A program made the position numbers and the translations under genes. Positions 11,110 through 20,229 of a DNA stretch of 64,000 nucleotides are shown here, piece after piece; position 1 is the stretch's first letter; each line of letters opens with the position of its first letter. This DNA is from Parcubacteria group bacterium (lineage in GTDB: Bacteria; Patescibacteriota; Minisyncoccia; UBA10092). Location of the stretch: contig JACPLW010000004.1 in the NCBI GenBank assembly GCA_016186325.1, positions 446 through 64,445 on the forward strand. The letters run 5' to 3'. Below the pieces are notes generated by a model, which did not search any database, was not told where the DNA came from, and saw nothing but the letters and a program-made list of their open reading frames with translations.

Positions 11110-11526
11110 TCATGCCTCCTTTCTGGTTGAGGGTTTTGGATCGAGCCAGTTACCGACAACTTTGATGCCATTCGCTTCAAAGTAATGCCACCCTTGAAAT
11201 ACCTTCATTGGAATTGGCTTTATCCACTTCCAGCTATTGGCTTGCATAATAGCGTGGTAACCATCTCCCCAATCGTAACCGGTTGTTTCACACTGCATAT
11301 TCCCTTCTACCACTTTAGAAATAACACCGAATCCTCTGATATATCCATATTCTACATAGAAGATGCGTGAGCCAACACCTAAATGGCGCGGTTTATTCCT
11401 GAAAGTTCGGAAATAGAAGCCGCTACCAGCTTCAATACACTGGCGGGCTTCCTCTGCGGCAATTTCCATTTTATTTTTAGGTGTCGTAACAACAATGTCT
11501 TTGGTTTGTCTTGCGAGTTCGGCCAC
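11110..11526 (-). CDS. PUA/ASCH/EVE-like hypothetical protein
   Basis: GSRIFYVEYGYIRGFG strand pattern and C-terminal PIPMKVFQGWHYF reminiscent of PUA-fold P.KG.QG.W.Y. Confidence 0.55.
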   Translation of the reverse strand: MAELARQTKDIVVTTPKNKMEIAAEEARQCIEAGSGFYFRTFRNKPRHLGVGSRIFYVEYGYIRGFGVISKVVEGNMQCETTGYDWGDGYHAIMQANSWKWIKPIPMKVFQGWHYFEANGIKVVGNWLDPKPSTRKEA

Positions 11527-11802
11527 TCTTTTTCCTCCGTTTTAATGAACAATTTTTATAAATGTAGTAATGTATCAATTTGGTGTCAAATTAAAGATAT
11601 TAAGCCGCAAAATCAAACCGCTTTCATCGCTTCTTTCAACAAACAAAACCGATTCTTTTGACAGAGCTCCCTTCTAGGGCCTGAGGGCCCATCAGGGCCT
11701 CGAACGGCAGGATAAGTCCATAAATTTGTCATATATTTTTTAAGACAAATAGGGTATACTTAAGTGGTCGAACATCTTATTAAAATTTAATTAAATTTAA
11801 AC

Positions 11803-11949
11803 ATGTCAAAAAATATATTCATCGGCGCGGCGAGTATCGCGTTTCTGCTGGCCGTTTATCTCTGGTTTACGGGACAGAAAGACGCCGGTATTTTTGTCGG
11901 TCTTTGGGTTCCTTCAATTCTCGCCTTGGGAGCGATTTTGAAAAGATAA
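11803..11949 (+). CDS. 48-aa two-TM membrane peptide (…GIFVGLWVPSILALG…)
   Basis: Hand-translated; stop abuts next ATG (TAAATG). Confidence 0.7.
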   Translation: MSKNIFIGAASIAFLLAVYLWFTGQKDAGIFVGLWVPSILALGAILKR

Positions 11950-12576
11950 ATGTCCGATTCGATTATTTTTCTTTTTGGATGCGCCATCAGTATCCTTGTT
12001 TTATTCGGAGTAGTTTTAAATTTTCGTGAAAACATGAAAATAAATAACTATCTTCAAAAATATTCAGGACAGGTTTTCAAATTAGTTATTGCTATCGGCG
12101 TTTCGCTATCGGCGGGAGTTATCGGCTCGTTCTTTACGATGCCCGCGATACAGTCGGGCTGGTACGCCGAACTTGCAAAGCCGGCGCCGAATCCTCCTGC
12201 TTGGGTTTTCGGGCCCGTGTGGACTGCGCTTTACGCGCTTATGGGCATCGCGGCATGGCTTGTATGGAAGCAATGGAGTCAAGGTAGCCCTTCGACACGG
12301 CTCAGGGTAAAAACAGCTTTGGCCGTTTTTGGCCTGCAGCTGTTTTTAAATGCCATCTGGTCAATCATATTCTTCGGTCTGCATGGTTCGACATGGCTCA
12401 CCATAAACAATCTCGGCTGGGCTCTGGTTGATATCATTCTCCTCTGGCTCGCAATCGTCTGGACAATCGCAGTATTCTACAAAATCTCTAAGCCGGCGGC
12501 CTATCTCCTCGCACCGTATCTTCTTTGGGTCAGCTTCGCCTCGTATCTGAATTACTCAATCTGGATGCTGAACTAA
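11950..12576 (+). CDS. tspO: TspO/MBR tryptophan-rich sensory protein (with extra N-terminal TM and two hairpin-derived insertions)
   Basis: WYAELAKP, PPAWVFGPVWTALY, LNAIWSIIFFG, LLAPYLLWVSFA. Confidence 0.92.
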   Translation: MSDSIIFLFGCAISILVLFGVVLNFRENMKINNYLQKYSGQVFKLVIAIGVSLSAGVIGSFFTMPAIQSGWYAELAKPAPNPPAWVFGPVWTALYALMGIAAWLVWKQWSQGSPSTRLRVKTALAVFGLQLFLNAIWSIIFFGLHGSTWLTINNLGWALVDIILLWLAIVWTIAVFYKISKPAAYLLAPYLLWVSFASYLNYSIWMLN

Positions 12577-12596
12577 GAACTACTAAAATGCGTGAA

Positions 12597-12625
12597 CCCC
12601 CACACCAGATTTTGGTGTGGGGGGG
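12597..12625. mobile_element. 29-bp hairpin MITE-like insertion with TGAA target duplication
   Basis: TGAA[CCCCCACACCAgatttTGGTGTGGGGGGG]TGAA; uninterrupted homologous site at 2966..2987. Confidence 0.75.
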
Positions 12626-12729
12626 TGAAGCGCGCGGAGCTTATTATAAAAATACCCCGCAACTCTGACGCCTTTAAGGGGTCGGAGCCCCGACTGTAAC
12701 GTCGGGGCTGCGGGGAACACAAATGAGTT

Positions 12730-13059
12730 TTACTTTTTTTGTAAAGTTCTTAAAAACTTTACTAGCTCCATTGCTTCTGTTTCCGAAAATTTTCCTTTCC
12801 AAGCCGGCATTTTTTCCATTCCATTCAAAATTATTTCTTTTAATTCACCGTCAGACTTTTTAGCCGTTGTGATTTTAGTCAGGTCTAATTTGGAAAGATC
12901 CCCTCCAACAAGTACGCCTAACTTTTTATTTCCAGTTCCATCGCCAAAGTGACACGAGGCACATTTATCGGCGTAAAGCTTGTTGTCGACGGCCGAAACA
13001 GAAACGGCAGACAAAAGCAAAAAGAGCATAAAAGCAAGAAGAACGGTCGTCGTTTTCAT
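12730..13059 (-). CDS. exported monoheme c-type cytochrome
   Basis: Signal peptide, CASCH heme motif, distal Met in KMPAW. Confidence 0.85.
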   Translation of the reverse strand: MKTTTVLLAFMLFLLLSAVSVSAVDNKLYADKCASCHFGDGTGNKKLGVLVGGDLSKLDLTKITTAKKSDGELKEIILNGMEKMPAWKGKFSETEAMELVKFLRTLQKK

Positions 13060-13212
13060 GGCTGCCTCTTTCCGATTTTTGTTTTTTTATTAAAGATCCG
13101 CAGTAAATTACACATAATATAACACATCTTTAATTATGCCGTCAAGCGTAAAAAATACTGCACTTGAGTGCCAATATGTTATAATTTAGCTTATTATAAT
13201 TAATTAAACAAT

Positions 13213-13569
13213 ATGCTATTTGAACTAAGTCAATACAGCGATATTGCATTTTTTATTTTGCGGCTGGTCATTGCGGCGATTTTCATCTATCATGCTTTGC
13301 CGAAATTAAAAAATAAAATGGGGAGCGCTTTTCTTGTTTTAGGTGCCGTGGAAGGAGCGGCAGGAGCGGCGCTTGTACTTGGATTTTTTGTCCAGCTTGC
13401 CGCGCTGCTTTTAGCTATTGTGATGGCGAGCGCTATCTGGATGAAAATAACAAAATGGCACTCGCCATTTTCGGCGATGGATAAAACCGGCTGGGAACTT
13501 GATCTGATTCTCTTAGCCGCAAACATTATCATTTTTGTAAGTGGTGGCGGCGCGATAGGAATTCAATAA
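13213..13569 (+). CDS. DoxX family membrane protein
   Basis: LRLVIAAIFIYHALPK, GWELDLILLAA. Confidence 0.85.
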   Translation: MLFELSQYSDIAFFILRLVIAAIFIYHALPKLKNKMGSAFLVLGAVEGAAGAALVLGFFVQLAALLLAIVMASAIWMKITKWHSPFSAMDKTGWELDLILLAANIIIFVSGGGAIGIQ

Positions 13570-13640
13570 ACTGCAAAAATAAGCGATAATTCGGAACTTG
13601 TTATAAAAATACCCCCACAGCTGCGGGGGGGGTCTCCGGA

Positions 13641-14099
13641 CTAGCGGCACTCTTCGCCGGGCGCGACTACTTTCAAGCAGATTGGGCAATGAATTCCCAC
13701 TTTATGATATGCGCCAATCAGTTTACTTAGCGCTTCCGTGTCTCCAAATATTCGCAATACTTCGGCAAACAAACGCTGGTCCGACATTTGGCTATGATGG
13801 TACTTAACGTCTTTGGGTTTGCTGTCGCTGCGCAATATTGCGTAGAGTTTTACTCGGGGATCATTTGCGCTTTTCTCATTTTGCAACTCAATTCCGGTAA
13901 ATTTCGCCATATTTTCTACCTGTTCTACCTGTTTCATTGCCGTGTCGCTTACCGTATCCGTTTCGGCTGATCTCTGAATAGCACTCTCGTAGTCCTCTCT
14001 ATTTATAATACCCCCCAATTCTTGATATTGCTCATAAGGATCCTTTTTCTGTTCGGTGTCGCGCATGTCGCCACCCTCTTTATAAAAATCTTTTTCCAT
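13641..14099 (-). CDS. hypothetical protein with C-terminal CxxC…C
   Basis: 152-aa ORF ending HCPICLKVVAPGEECR. Confidence 0.6.
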   Translation of the reverse strand: MEKDFYKEGGDMRDTEQKKDPYEQYQELGGIINREDYESAIQRSAETDTVSDTAMKQVEQVENMAKFTGIELQNEKSANDPRVKLYAILRSDSKPKDVKYHHSQMSDQRLFAEVLRIFGDTEALSKLIGAYHKVGIHCPICLKVVAPGEECR

Positions 14100-14172
14100 A
14101 ATCTTAATAATATAACATTAATAATAAAAAGTTAAATACTGTGCTATACTTTAACTATTATACTTAATAAAT

Positions 14173-14718
14173 ATGAGACAAAAAGAATCGCTGACAGGGC
14201 AATCTCAAGAAATTTTTGATTTGCTTTCCGAGTACTCAAAAGCCCTTTCGCTTCTTGAGAAGTATGATTCCGGAACGCTGGCGGAACCTGAAGGTATCCC
14301 GGCCAAATTTGTTTTAAAATATGAAGATTGCCTTGAAATTATTAAAGTTATCAAAACCGAACTTACCGCAAAAAATGGGGCCGGTAGTTTATTTGGTTCC
14401 CAAAGGAGCGGAATGTTTGAAGGAGTTATAAAAAATATTTATCAAACATTCGATGGTCGGGAACTATACGACACTACTTCAAAAAAAGCGGCCCATCTTT
14501 TATATCTTGTGATTAAAGATCATCCCTTTTATGACGGCAACAAGCGCATCGGCGCGTTTTTGTTCGTTTATTTTCTTAGTAAAAACAACTATCTATATAA
14601 CGAGAATGAAAAGAATAAGATAGATAACAGCGCCCTAGTCGCGTTAGCCCTGCTTGTCGCCGAAAGCAATCCCAAAGAAAAAGACGCTATTATAAAAATC
14701 ATTTTAAATTTGCTATAA
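14173..14718 (+). CDS. Fic/Doc family protein
   Basis: HPFYDGNKRIG Fic motif. Confidence 0.9.
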   Translation: MRQKESLTGQSQEIFDLLSEYSKALSLLEKYDSGTLAEPEGIPAKFVLKYEDCLEIIKVIKTELTAKNGAGSLFGSQRSGMFEGVIKNIYQTFDGRELYDTTSKKAAHLLYLVIKDHPFYDGNKRIGAFLFVYFLSKNNYLYNENEKNKIDNSALVALALLVAESNPKEKDAIIKIILNLL

Positions 14719-14726
14719 TATAAGCC

Positions 14727-15122
14727 ATGAAAGGTTATGTAACAAATATAGAAAAAGCTTCGCTTGAGAATGAAAATTTTCGCCAAGTTTTATATACCGC
14801 CAAAAACAGCCAATTAGTGCTTATGTCTTTAAAACCCGGTGAAGAAATCGGCGAGGAAATACACGCATTAGACCAGTTTATAAGGGTTGAAAAAGGCGCG
14901 GGTAAAGCGATTTTAGACGACATTGAATACATTATCGAAGATGGTTCGGCCATCGTTATTCCTGCCGGAACGAAACATAATATTATTAACACATCAGCAG
15001 ACGCGGAACTTAAACTTTATACGATTTATTCTCCCCCCGAGCATCGCGACGGTGTTATACATAAAACCAAAACCGATGCCATGGCTGGTGAAGAACACTT
15101 TGACGGAATGACAACCGAATAA
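14727..15122 (+). CDS. cupin domain protein
   Basis: GEEIGEEIH..DQF, IPAGTKHNI, LYTIYSPPEH. Confidence 0.9.
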   Translation: MKGYVTNIEKASLENENFRQVLYTAKNSQLVLMSLKPGEEIGEEIHALDQFIRVEKGAGKAILDDIEYIIEDGSAIVIPAGTKHNIINTSADAELKLYTIYSPPEHRDGVIHKTKTDAMAGEEHFDGMTTE

Positions 15123-15269
15123 GGGCTGTTAATAAGTTTAGGAGCATTAAAACAGCAGATAGGTTATAATATATAGTAAGATGCCGCATTTAATTTGAAT
15201 AATTAGATTAATTATAAGTGTGGCTCCGCAAAGGTCGAAAGTTAAATTTAAACATAAGTTTTTACGAAT

Positions 15270-15476
15270 ATGAAAATGTTACACATGGTTGCCTTTATTT
15301 TGGTAATCATTGGGGGTTTAAACTGGCTTTGGATCGGTCTTTTAGGAGGCGGCGGTGTAGGTGATTGGCTAGGCGCCGATTTAGCGCGCGCAGTTTATGT
15401 ATTGGTTGGTTTGTCGGCGGTTTATTTGATAGCGTTTCACAAGAAGGATTGCAAAATGTGCGGCAGTTCAATGTAA
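15270..15476 (+). CDS. DUF378 family small membrane protein
   Basis: LVIIGGLNW…VYVLVGLSAV. Confidence 0.85.
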   Translation: MKMLHMVAFILVIIGGLNWLWIGLLGGGGVGDWLGADLARAVYVLVGLSAVYLIAFHKKDCKMCGSSM

Positions 15477-15491
15477 AATATCCGTGTTAAT

Positions 15492-15521
15492 AAAACAGCC
15501 CCGCCATGGCGGGGCTGTTTT
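15492..15521. terminator. perfect 30-bp palindrome, intrinsic terminator
   Basis: aaaacagccccgcca/tggcggggctgtttt. Confidence 0.75.
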
Positions 15522-15540
15522 TATGATAGAATGAGTATAT

Positions 15541-16725
15541 ATGAGGAGATCAAATATATTTTTGATTACCGCCGTAGCAGTGATTATTGCATTAATAGGC
15601 GCGTTTTTTTATTATAAAAACTTAAGAGGAGTTTGGCCGGCTATTAGTCCGCCGCCAGAAAATATAGCCGAAGTTATTGATCAAAATCAAACGCCATATC
15701 CCTTGAAACTGCCTAGTGGATTTTCCATTTCTGTTTTTGCTAAAGATTTGCCGGGAGCAAGAGTAATGGCAATTGATGGTTTTGGTAATCTATGGGTCAG
15801 CCAAACCGGTAAAGGAATAATTTCCCAGATAGAAGTAAAAGATGGTAAAGCTGTAGCTACCCATTCCATTTTTCGCGACCTTAATAATCCACATGGCTTG
15901 GTTTTTGATCCTCAAAATTCTTTTCTTTTATATTTTGCCGAAGAAGATAAAATTTCTAAAGTTAAGATTTATTCGGATGAACATTCTCAAAAAATCGCGG
16001 ATCTGCCTTCGGGCGGCGGGCATTTCACCCGTACTCTTGGTTTTGGACCGGACAGTCGTCTTTATGTTTCAATCGGTTCGTCTTGCAATGTTTGCCACGA
16101 ACAAGATAATCGGCGCGCCAAAATATTTTCAATGAATAAGAACGGCGGCGATTTTAAAGAATTTGCCAGAGGTCTAAGGAATGCAGTTTTTTTCACTTGG
16201 AGTTATGTTGACGGAAAGATGTGGGCAACCGAAATGGGACGCGATCTTTTGGGAGATAATATACCGCCGGATGAAATTAATATTGTTGAGGCAGGAAAAA
16301 ATTACGGCTGGCCAATTTGTTATGGTAAAAACATCCACGACTCTATCTTCGACAAAAATACTTATATTAGAAACCCTTGTATGGAACCGTTTGAAATTTC
16401 AAGTCATATTGATATTCCGGCGCACTCGGCGCCGCTGGGTCTTGCCTTTGTTCCCGAGGAGGGCTGGCCGGAAGGGTATTGGTATAATCTTTTCGTTTCT
16501 TACCATGGCTCTTGGAATCGCAGCGAACCGACCGGTTATAAGGTGGTACGAATAAATCTTGATAGCAAGGGAAATTATCTTGGAACCGAAGATTTTATAA
16601 CCGGCTGGCTAACTTCAAGCGGCGCGCTTGGCCGCCCCGTTGATATTCTGGTTCAGCCAGGCGGTACGATGTACATCTCCGACGATAAAGCCGGCGTTAT
16701 ATACAAAGTAGTGTATAAAAAATAA
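15541..16725 (+). CDS. glucose/sorbosone (PQQ-type) dehydrogenase-like beta-propeller protein
   Basis: LYVSIGSSCNVC, GLRNAV, PDEIN, AHSAPLGL, HGSWNR, GRPVD. Confidence 0.9.
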   Translation: MRRSNIFLITAVAVIIALIGAFFYYKNLRGVWPAISPPPENIAEVIDQNQTPYPLKLPSGFSISVFAKDLPGARVMAIDGFGNLWVSQTGKGIISQIEVKDGKAVATHSIFRDLNNPHGLVFDPQNSFLLYFAEEDKISKVKIYSDEHSQKIADLPSGGGHFTRTLGFGPDSRLYVSIGSSCNVCHEQDNRRAKIFSMNKNGGDFKEFARGLRNAVFFTWSYVDGKMWATEMGRDLLGDNIPPDEINIVEAGKNYGWPICYGKNIHDSIFDKNTYIRNPCMEPFEISSHIDIPAHSAPLGLAFVPEEGWPEGYWYNLFVSYHGSWNRSEPTGYKVVRINLDSKGNYLGTEDFITGWLTSSGALGRPVDILVQPGGTMYISDDKAGVIYKVVYKK

Positions 16726-16826
16726 TAGCGTACAACCCTTGATTTTTTTATTTGACAAATAATTTAAGGTATTGTACTCTTAATTCGCTGTTTAAAAACT
16801 AAAAATGAAGCAAGAGAGGAAGAAAA

Positions 16827-17105
16827 ATGCGCCTGCTCTTCACGAAAAAAGCGGTATTTATTCTGACGTTAATTTTTTTGTTTGGTTTTTTGGCAGGCTG
16901 TTCCGTTTCGCTTTCGCCGGGGTTATACAGTTCTCTATACACCGCCCCGCATTACGTCGGTCCCGATTTTCCAATTAATGTTTATTCGGTACCTGTTATA
17001 ACAAGGCCAATTATTGTTCCACATTACCATTCTTATTATCGCTATTATTCTTACTCTCATTATCACTATCATCCCCACCCTCGTTATCACCATCATCGCA
17101 GATAA
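16827..17105 (+). CDS. small lipoprotein with His/Tyr-rich C-terminus
   Basis: Lipobox LAGC; tail HYHSYYRYYSYSHYHYHPHPRYHHH. Confidence 0.65.
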   Translation: MRLLFTKKAVFILTLIFLFGFLAGCSVSLSPGLYSSLYTAPHYVGPDFPINVYSVPVITRPIIVPHYHSYYRYYSYSHYHYHPHPRYHHHRR

Positions 17106-17211
17106 ATTAGGCGTACCACCGCCGGCCCAAAGCTGGCGGTTTTCATTTTTTTCAAAAATTGGTAAGGTTAGAGCAGGCCAATAAATATAGGCCTAAAGAA
17201 GGTTTTAAAAA

Positions 17212-17742
17212 ATGTTCGATCTTAAACTTTTTTATTTATTCAATAATTTATCCGGTAAATCGGAGATTTTTGATTGGTTTGCAATTTTTTTTGCCGATTA
17301 TTTTGGATATTTTTTGGCGGTATTTTTTCTCGCGATTCTTTTTTTGGCGCCGTTTTATAAAGATAAATTAAAAGTATTTTTAACAGTTGCGATTTCGGTT
17401 GTTTTGTCGCGGTTTGTGATCACCGAAATAATCCGTTTTCTATATTGCCGGCCGAGGCCGTTTGTGGCTTTTACCGCAAATCAGTTGGTGGGCGAAGCCA
17501 ATTGCTCTTTTCCTTCCGGTCATGCGGCATTTTTCTTCGCATTAGCCATGGCTATTTATTTTTACAATAAAAAATGGGGTGTTTGGTTTTTTGTAGCGGC
17601 AACTTTAATCTCCGTAAGTCGCATCGTTGCCGGTGTTCACTACCCGACAGATATTCTAGTGGGAGCGGTAATTGGTATTTTCAATGCCTACATTGTTTTT
17701 CGTTATTCCAATCTTCTAGATAAATTTATAATAAAAAAATAA
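17212..17742 (+). CDS. PAP2 phosphatase (undecaprenyl-diphosphatase BcrC-like)
   Basis: RPRP, SFPSGH, SRIVAGVHYPTD. Confidence 0.9.
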   Translation: MFDLKLFYLFNNLSGKSEIFDWFAIFFADYFGYFLAVFFLAILFLAPFYKDKLKVFLTVAISVVLSRFVITEIIRFLYCRPRPFVAFTANQLVGEANCSFPSGHAAFFFALAMAIYFYNKKWGVWFFVAATLISVSRIVAGVHYPTDILVGAVIGIFNAYIVFRYSNLLDKFIIKK

Positions 17743-17783
17743 AGCGGCTCTAAGTACGGCCGCTTTTTGTTTTTATAGATATT

Positions 17784-18470
17784 TTAATAACTGTCTCTGT
17801 TAAATTTCGGAAGCATTAAGTACGGCGACCAGGTTTCAATCATCTTTTTTGTATCGTCGGTTGTCTGATATTGGCCTCCGCCCGAAGAGTAGCTTTCATC
17901 AAGCGGATCAACTTGATAGAAAGGAATTTGGGCAACCCTCATTCCCACTACTAAAACTATAGACGTATCTTTCAGGTGGTTGCTCATTTCCATGGTCCAT
18001 CTATTGCAGAAGCCAACGTCGCCCCAGCCGGCGCACTTACATACGGTAATACCAATTCTCCCCATAGAGCTCCTGGCTCTCATTTCCGTTGTTACGCAAT
18101 TTCTTCCGCCTATAAATTCTTGTGTATGAGCCAGAATACATTCGCCCGGGCCTAAAATGATAACCTTATCTTCCGGTTTGATATTTTTTAACGGTCCGTT
18201 TTCTGCTATCCAGTCGGCTGCCACTGTCGCTTTTTGCGGGTTACCACAGTATCTTTGAATATGTTCTTGGTCAAATGGATTTAAAACGCGCCGATGTAAC
18301 GCTCGGAATGGTTGTTCCTGGAAATAATTTTCTCCCAGTCTAACGTCATAACTGGTGGTTCGCAAGTCATTAATGTTAAATGGGTCAATAAAAATATTTC
18401 CTTCCTTAATATGTTCCAGAATTATCGGTTTGCTTAATAAAGAACGCAGAGGGGCATTTCGGTTATCCAA
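17784..18470 (-). CDS. dcd: dCTP deaminase
   Basis: SYDVRLG, ARSSMGRIG, AGWGDVGF, T.E; likely TTG start at 18470 after GGAG. Confidence 0.85.
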   Translation of the reverse strand: MDNRNAPLRSLLSKPIILEHIKEGNIFIDPFNINDLRTTSYDVRLGENYFQEQPFRALHRRVLNPFDQEHIQRYCGNPQKATVAADWIAENGPLKNIKPEDKVIILGPGECILAHTQEFIGGRNCVTTEMRARSSMGRIGITVCKCAGWGDVGFCNRWTMEMSNHLKDTSIVLVVGMRVAQIPFYQVDPLDESYSSGGGQYQTTDDTKKMIETWSPYLMLPKFNRDSY

Positions 18471-19191
18471 TTTTTTCTCCTTCTTTCGTTTTTTTCTCAA
18501 AAATGTTGAGAATTTCTTGCGCGATTGTCTCGATCATAACCTGTTCATCAATGTTGGTGGTGTCCATAAGGCGAAGCTGTTTGTATTCCGGAGATAGGAT
18601 CTCGAAAGCTGAACGATAACGAGATACCAATGTTTCGATAGTTTTGGGATTAGTAGTGTCGCCCAATTTTTGGCTCAAGGCGATTCTTAATTCCCGCTTC
18701 ATAGCCACTTCCGGATCGCATATCAAAAAGTAGGCGGCATCAATTTTATTTATCCAAAAACGTGATAAGAAAAACTTTTGAATTAAATCTCTCTCTTCTA
18801 AGCTTAGTTTTCCTTTTTCCAGCCAATACTGCATCCAGCAAATAGCATCAAAAGCACATCTTTCAAAAATGATAATATCGTATAGGTGCCCCATACTTTC
18901 ATCTATGAGAATGTTCAAGGCATAAAGGCCTGTTCTTATATTATAAAGAGGCGTTGAGCGAGGAATGTGGCGAATTACTTCCGCACCTTCTTGAGGTTTT
19001 AAAACGCGAAAGCCGTGGTGTCGAAAGAAGCTATCAAGTTCTTTTATGATAGTTGTTTTACCGCTTGATGGCGGGCCGGTAAGTTCAACAAAAAATGGCC
19101 TTGGAAGAAAATTTTCATCGTAACGGACGCTGCTTTTAAGATATGCAAGAATTTGTCGTGCCTGTTGTTCAAAAACATTTTCGCGATTCAT
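18463..19191 (-). CDS. thymidylate-kinase-like P-loop nucleotide kinase
   Basis: GPPSSGKTT, IIFER, CDPEVAMKR. Confidence 0.75.
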   Translation of the reverse strand: MNRENVFEQQARQILAYLKSSVRYDENFLPRPFFVELTGPPSSGKTTIIKELDSFFRHHGFRVLKPQEGAEVIRHIPRSTPLYNIRTGLYALNILIDESMGHLYDIIIFERCAFDAICWMQYWLEKGKLSLEERDLIQKFFLSRFWINKIDAAYFLICDPEVAMKRELRIALSQKLGDTTNPKTIETLVSRYRSAFEILSPEYKQLRLMDTTNIDEQVMIETIAQEILNIFEKKTKEGEKIG

Positions 19192-19267
19192 CCGGGTCTC
19201 CGCTTGTAATTTTTAAAGTGCTGAATTATTGTTATTATGAAAATAATCTATAACTCAATTTAAAGCA

Positions 19268-19879
19268 ATGAAACCTGTGGATAACAAAAAAATCATCGGA
19301 CTTGATTTGGACGGCGTTATCATTAACCACGCGCCTTTGAAAATGAAACTGGCTAAGAAGTTCGGATTCAAGCTCAAGCCGGAAGAAACTCCGTCCGAAA
19401 TAATTAAATCTATTGTTGAAAGACCGGTTTTAGATAAATTGTTACAAATCTTATATCACGATCCTAGGTTTTTTAAAACTACGTCTCTGATGCCTGGCGT
19501 GAAATTGGGACTTTTGAAGTTACAAAAAAATAACTTGCCCTTTGTTTTGATATCAAGACGCCGTGAGCCGATATCAGCCATTGAAGCATTAAAACATCAT
19601 GGCTTGTGGCCGAAATTTTTTAATGAAAAAAATGCTTTTTTTGTGGTGGAACCGGAAGATAAAAATATAAAAGCGCGCGAAATGGGGGTGACGCATTACG
19701 CGGACGATGATACGGGTATATTAGAAAAATTGGTTGATGTAAAAAACCGTTTTCTTTTTGACAATCTAGGCGCTTTTTCCGCCCAAGGCGAGACCTCGCC
19801 ACTTCGGGGCGGGGAAAACACCATCGGCTATACCCGCGTAAAATCGTGGAAGGAATTAATTGAACATTTTCTTAAATAA
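19268..19879 (+). CDS. HAD-family phosphatase (5'(3')-deoxyribonucleotidase-like)
   Basis: DLDGV motif I, ISRR motif II, ADDD motif IV, RVKSW. Confidence 0.8.
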   Translation: MKPVDNKKIIGLDLDGVIINHAPLKMKLAKKFGFKLKPEETPSEIIKSIVERPVLDKLLQILYHDPRFFKTTSLMPGVKLGLLKLQKNNLPFVLISRRREPISAIEALKHHGLWPKFFNEKNAFFVVEPEDKNIKAREMGVTHYADDDTGILEKLVDVKNRFLFDNLGAFSAQGETSPLRGGENTIGYTRVKSWKELIEHFLK

Positions 19880-19973
19880 AAAAATGCCACTGACATCAAG
19901 TAACTTTATTTGCTCATTATCCGCACAAAATACCTCGAGGACACTTGTGCGGATACGGATAATATAATTATGT

Positions 19974-20195
19974 ATGAAAATATTTATAAAGGCTAAACCC
20001 AATTCAAAAAACGAGAGCATAAAGAAATTAAGTGAAACTAACTTCGAAATTTGCGTTAAAGAACCGCCGATAAAGGGCCAAGCCAACGCGGCGATTATTA
20101 TGGCGCTCGCCAAACATTTTAAAGTGCCATTCTCGGCAGTAAGAATTATCTCCGGCCACACTTCAAGGCAAAAAATAGTTGAAATAAATTATTGA
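19974..20195 (+). CDS. DUF167 (YggU-like) protein
   Basis: KAKPNS, EPPIKGQAN, SGHTSRQK. Confidence 0.9.
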   Translation: MKIFIKAKPNSKNESIKKLSETNFEICVKEPPIKGQANAAIIMALAKHFKVPFSAVRIISGHTSRQKIVEINY

Positions 20196-20229
20196 TTTTT
20201 AGATGTTGCTTTGTTATGATGCTTTTATT

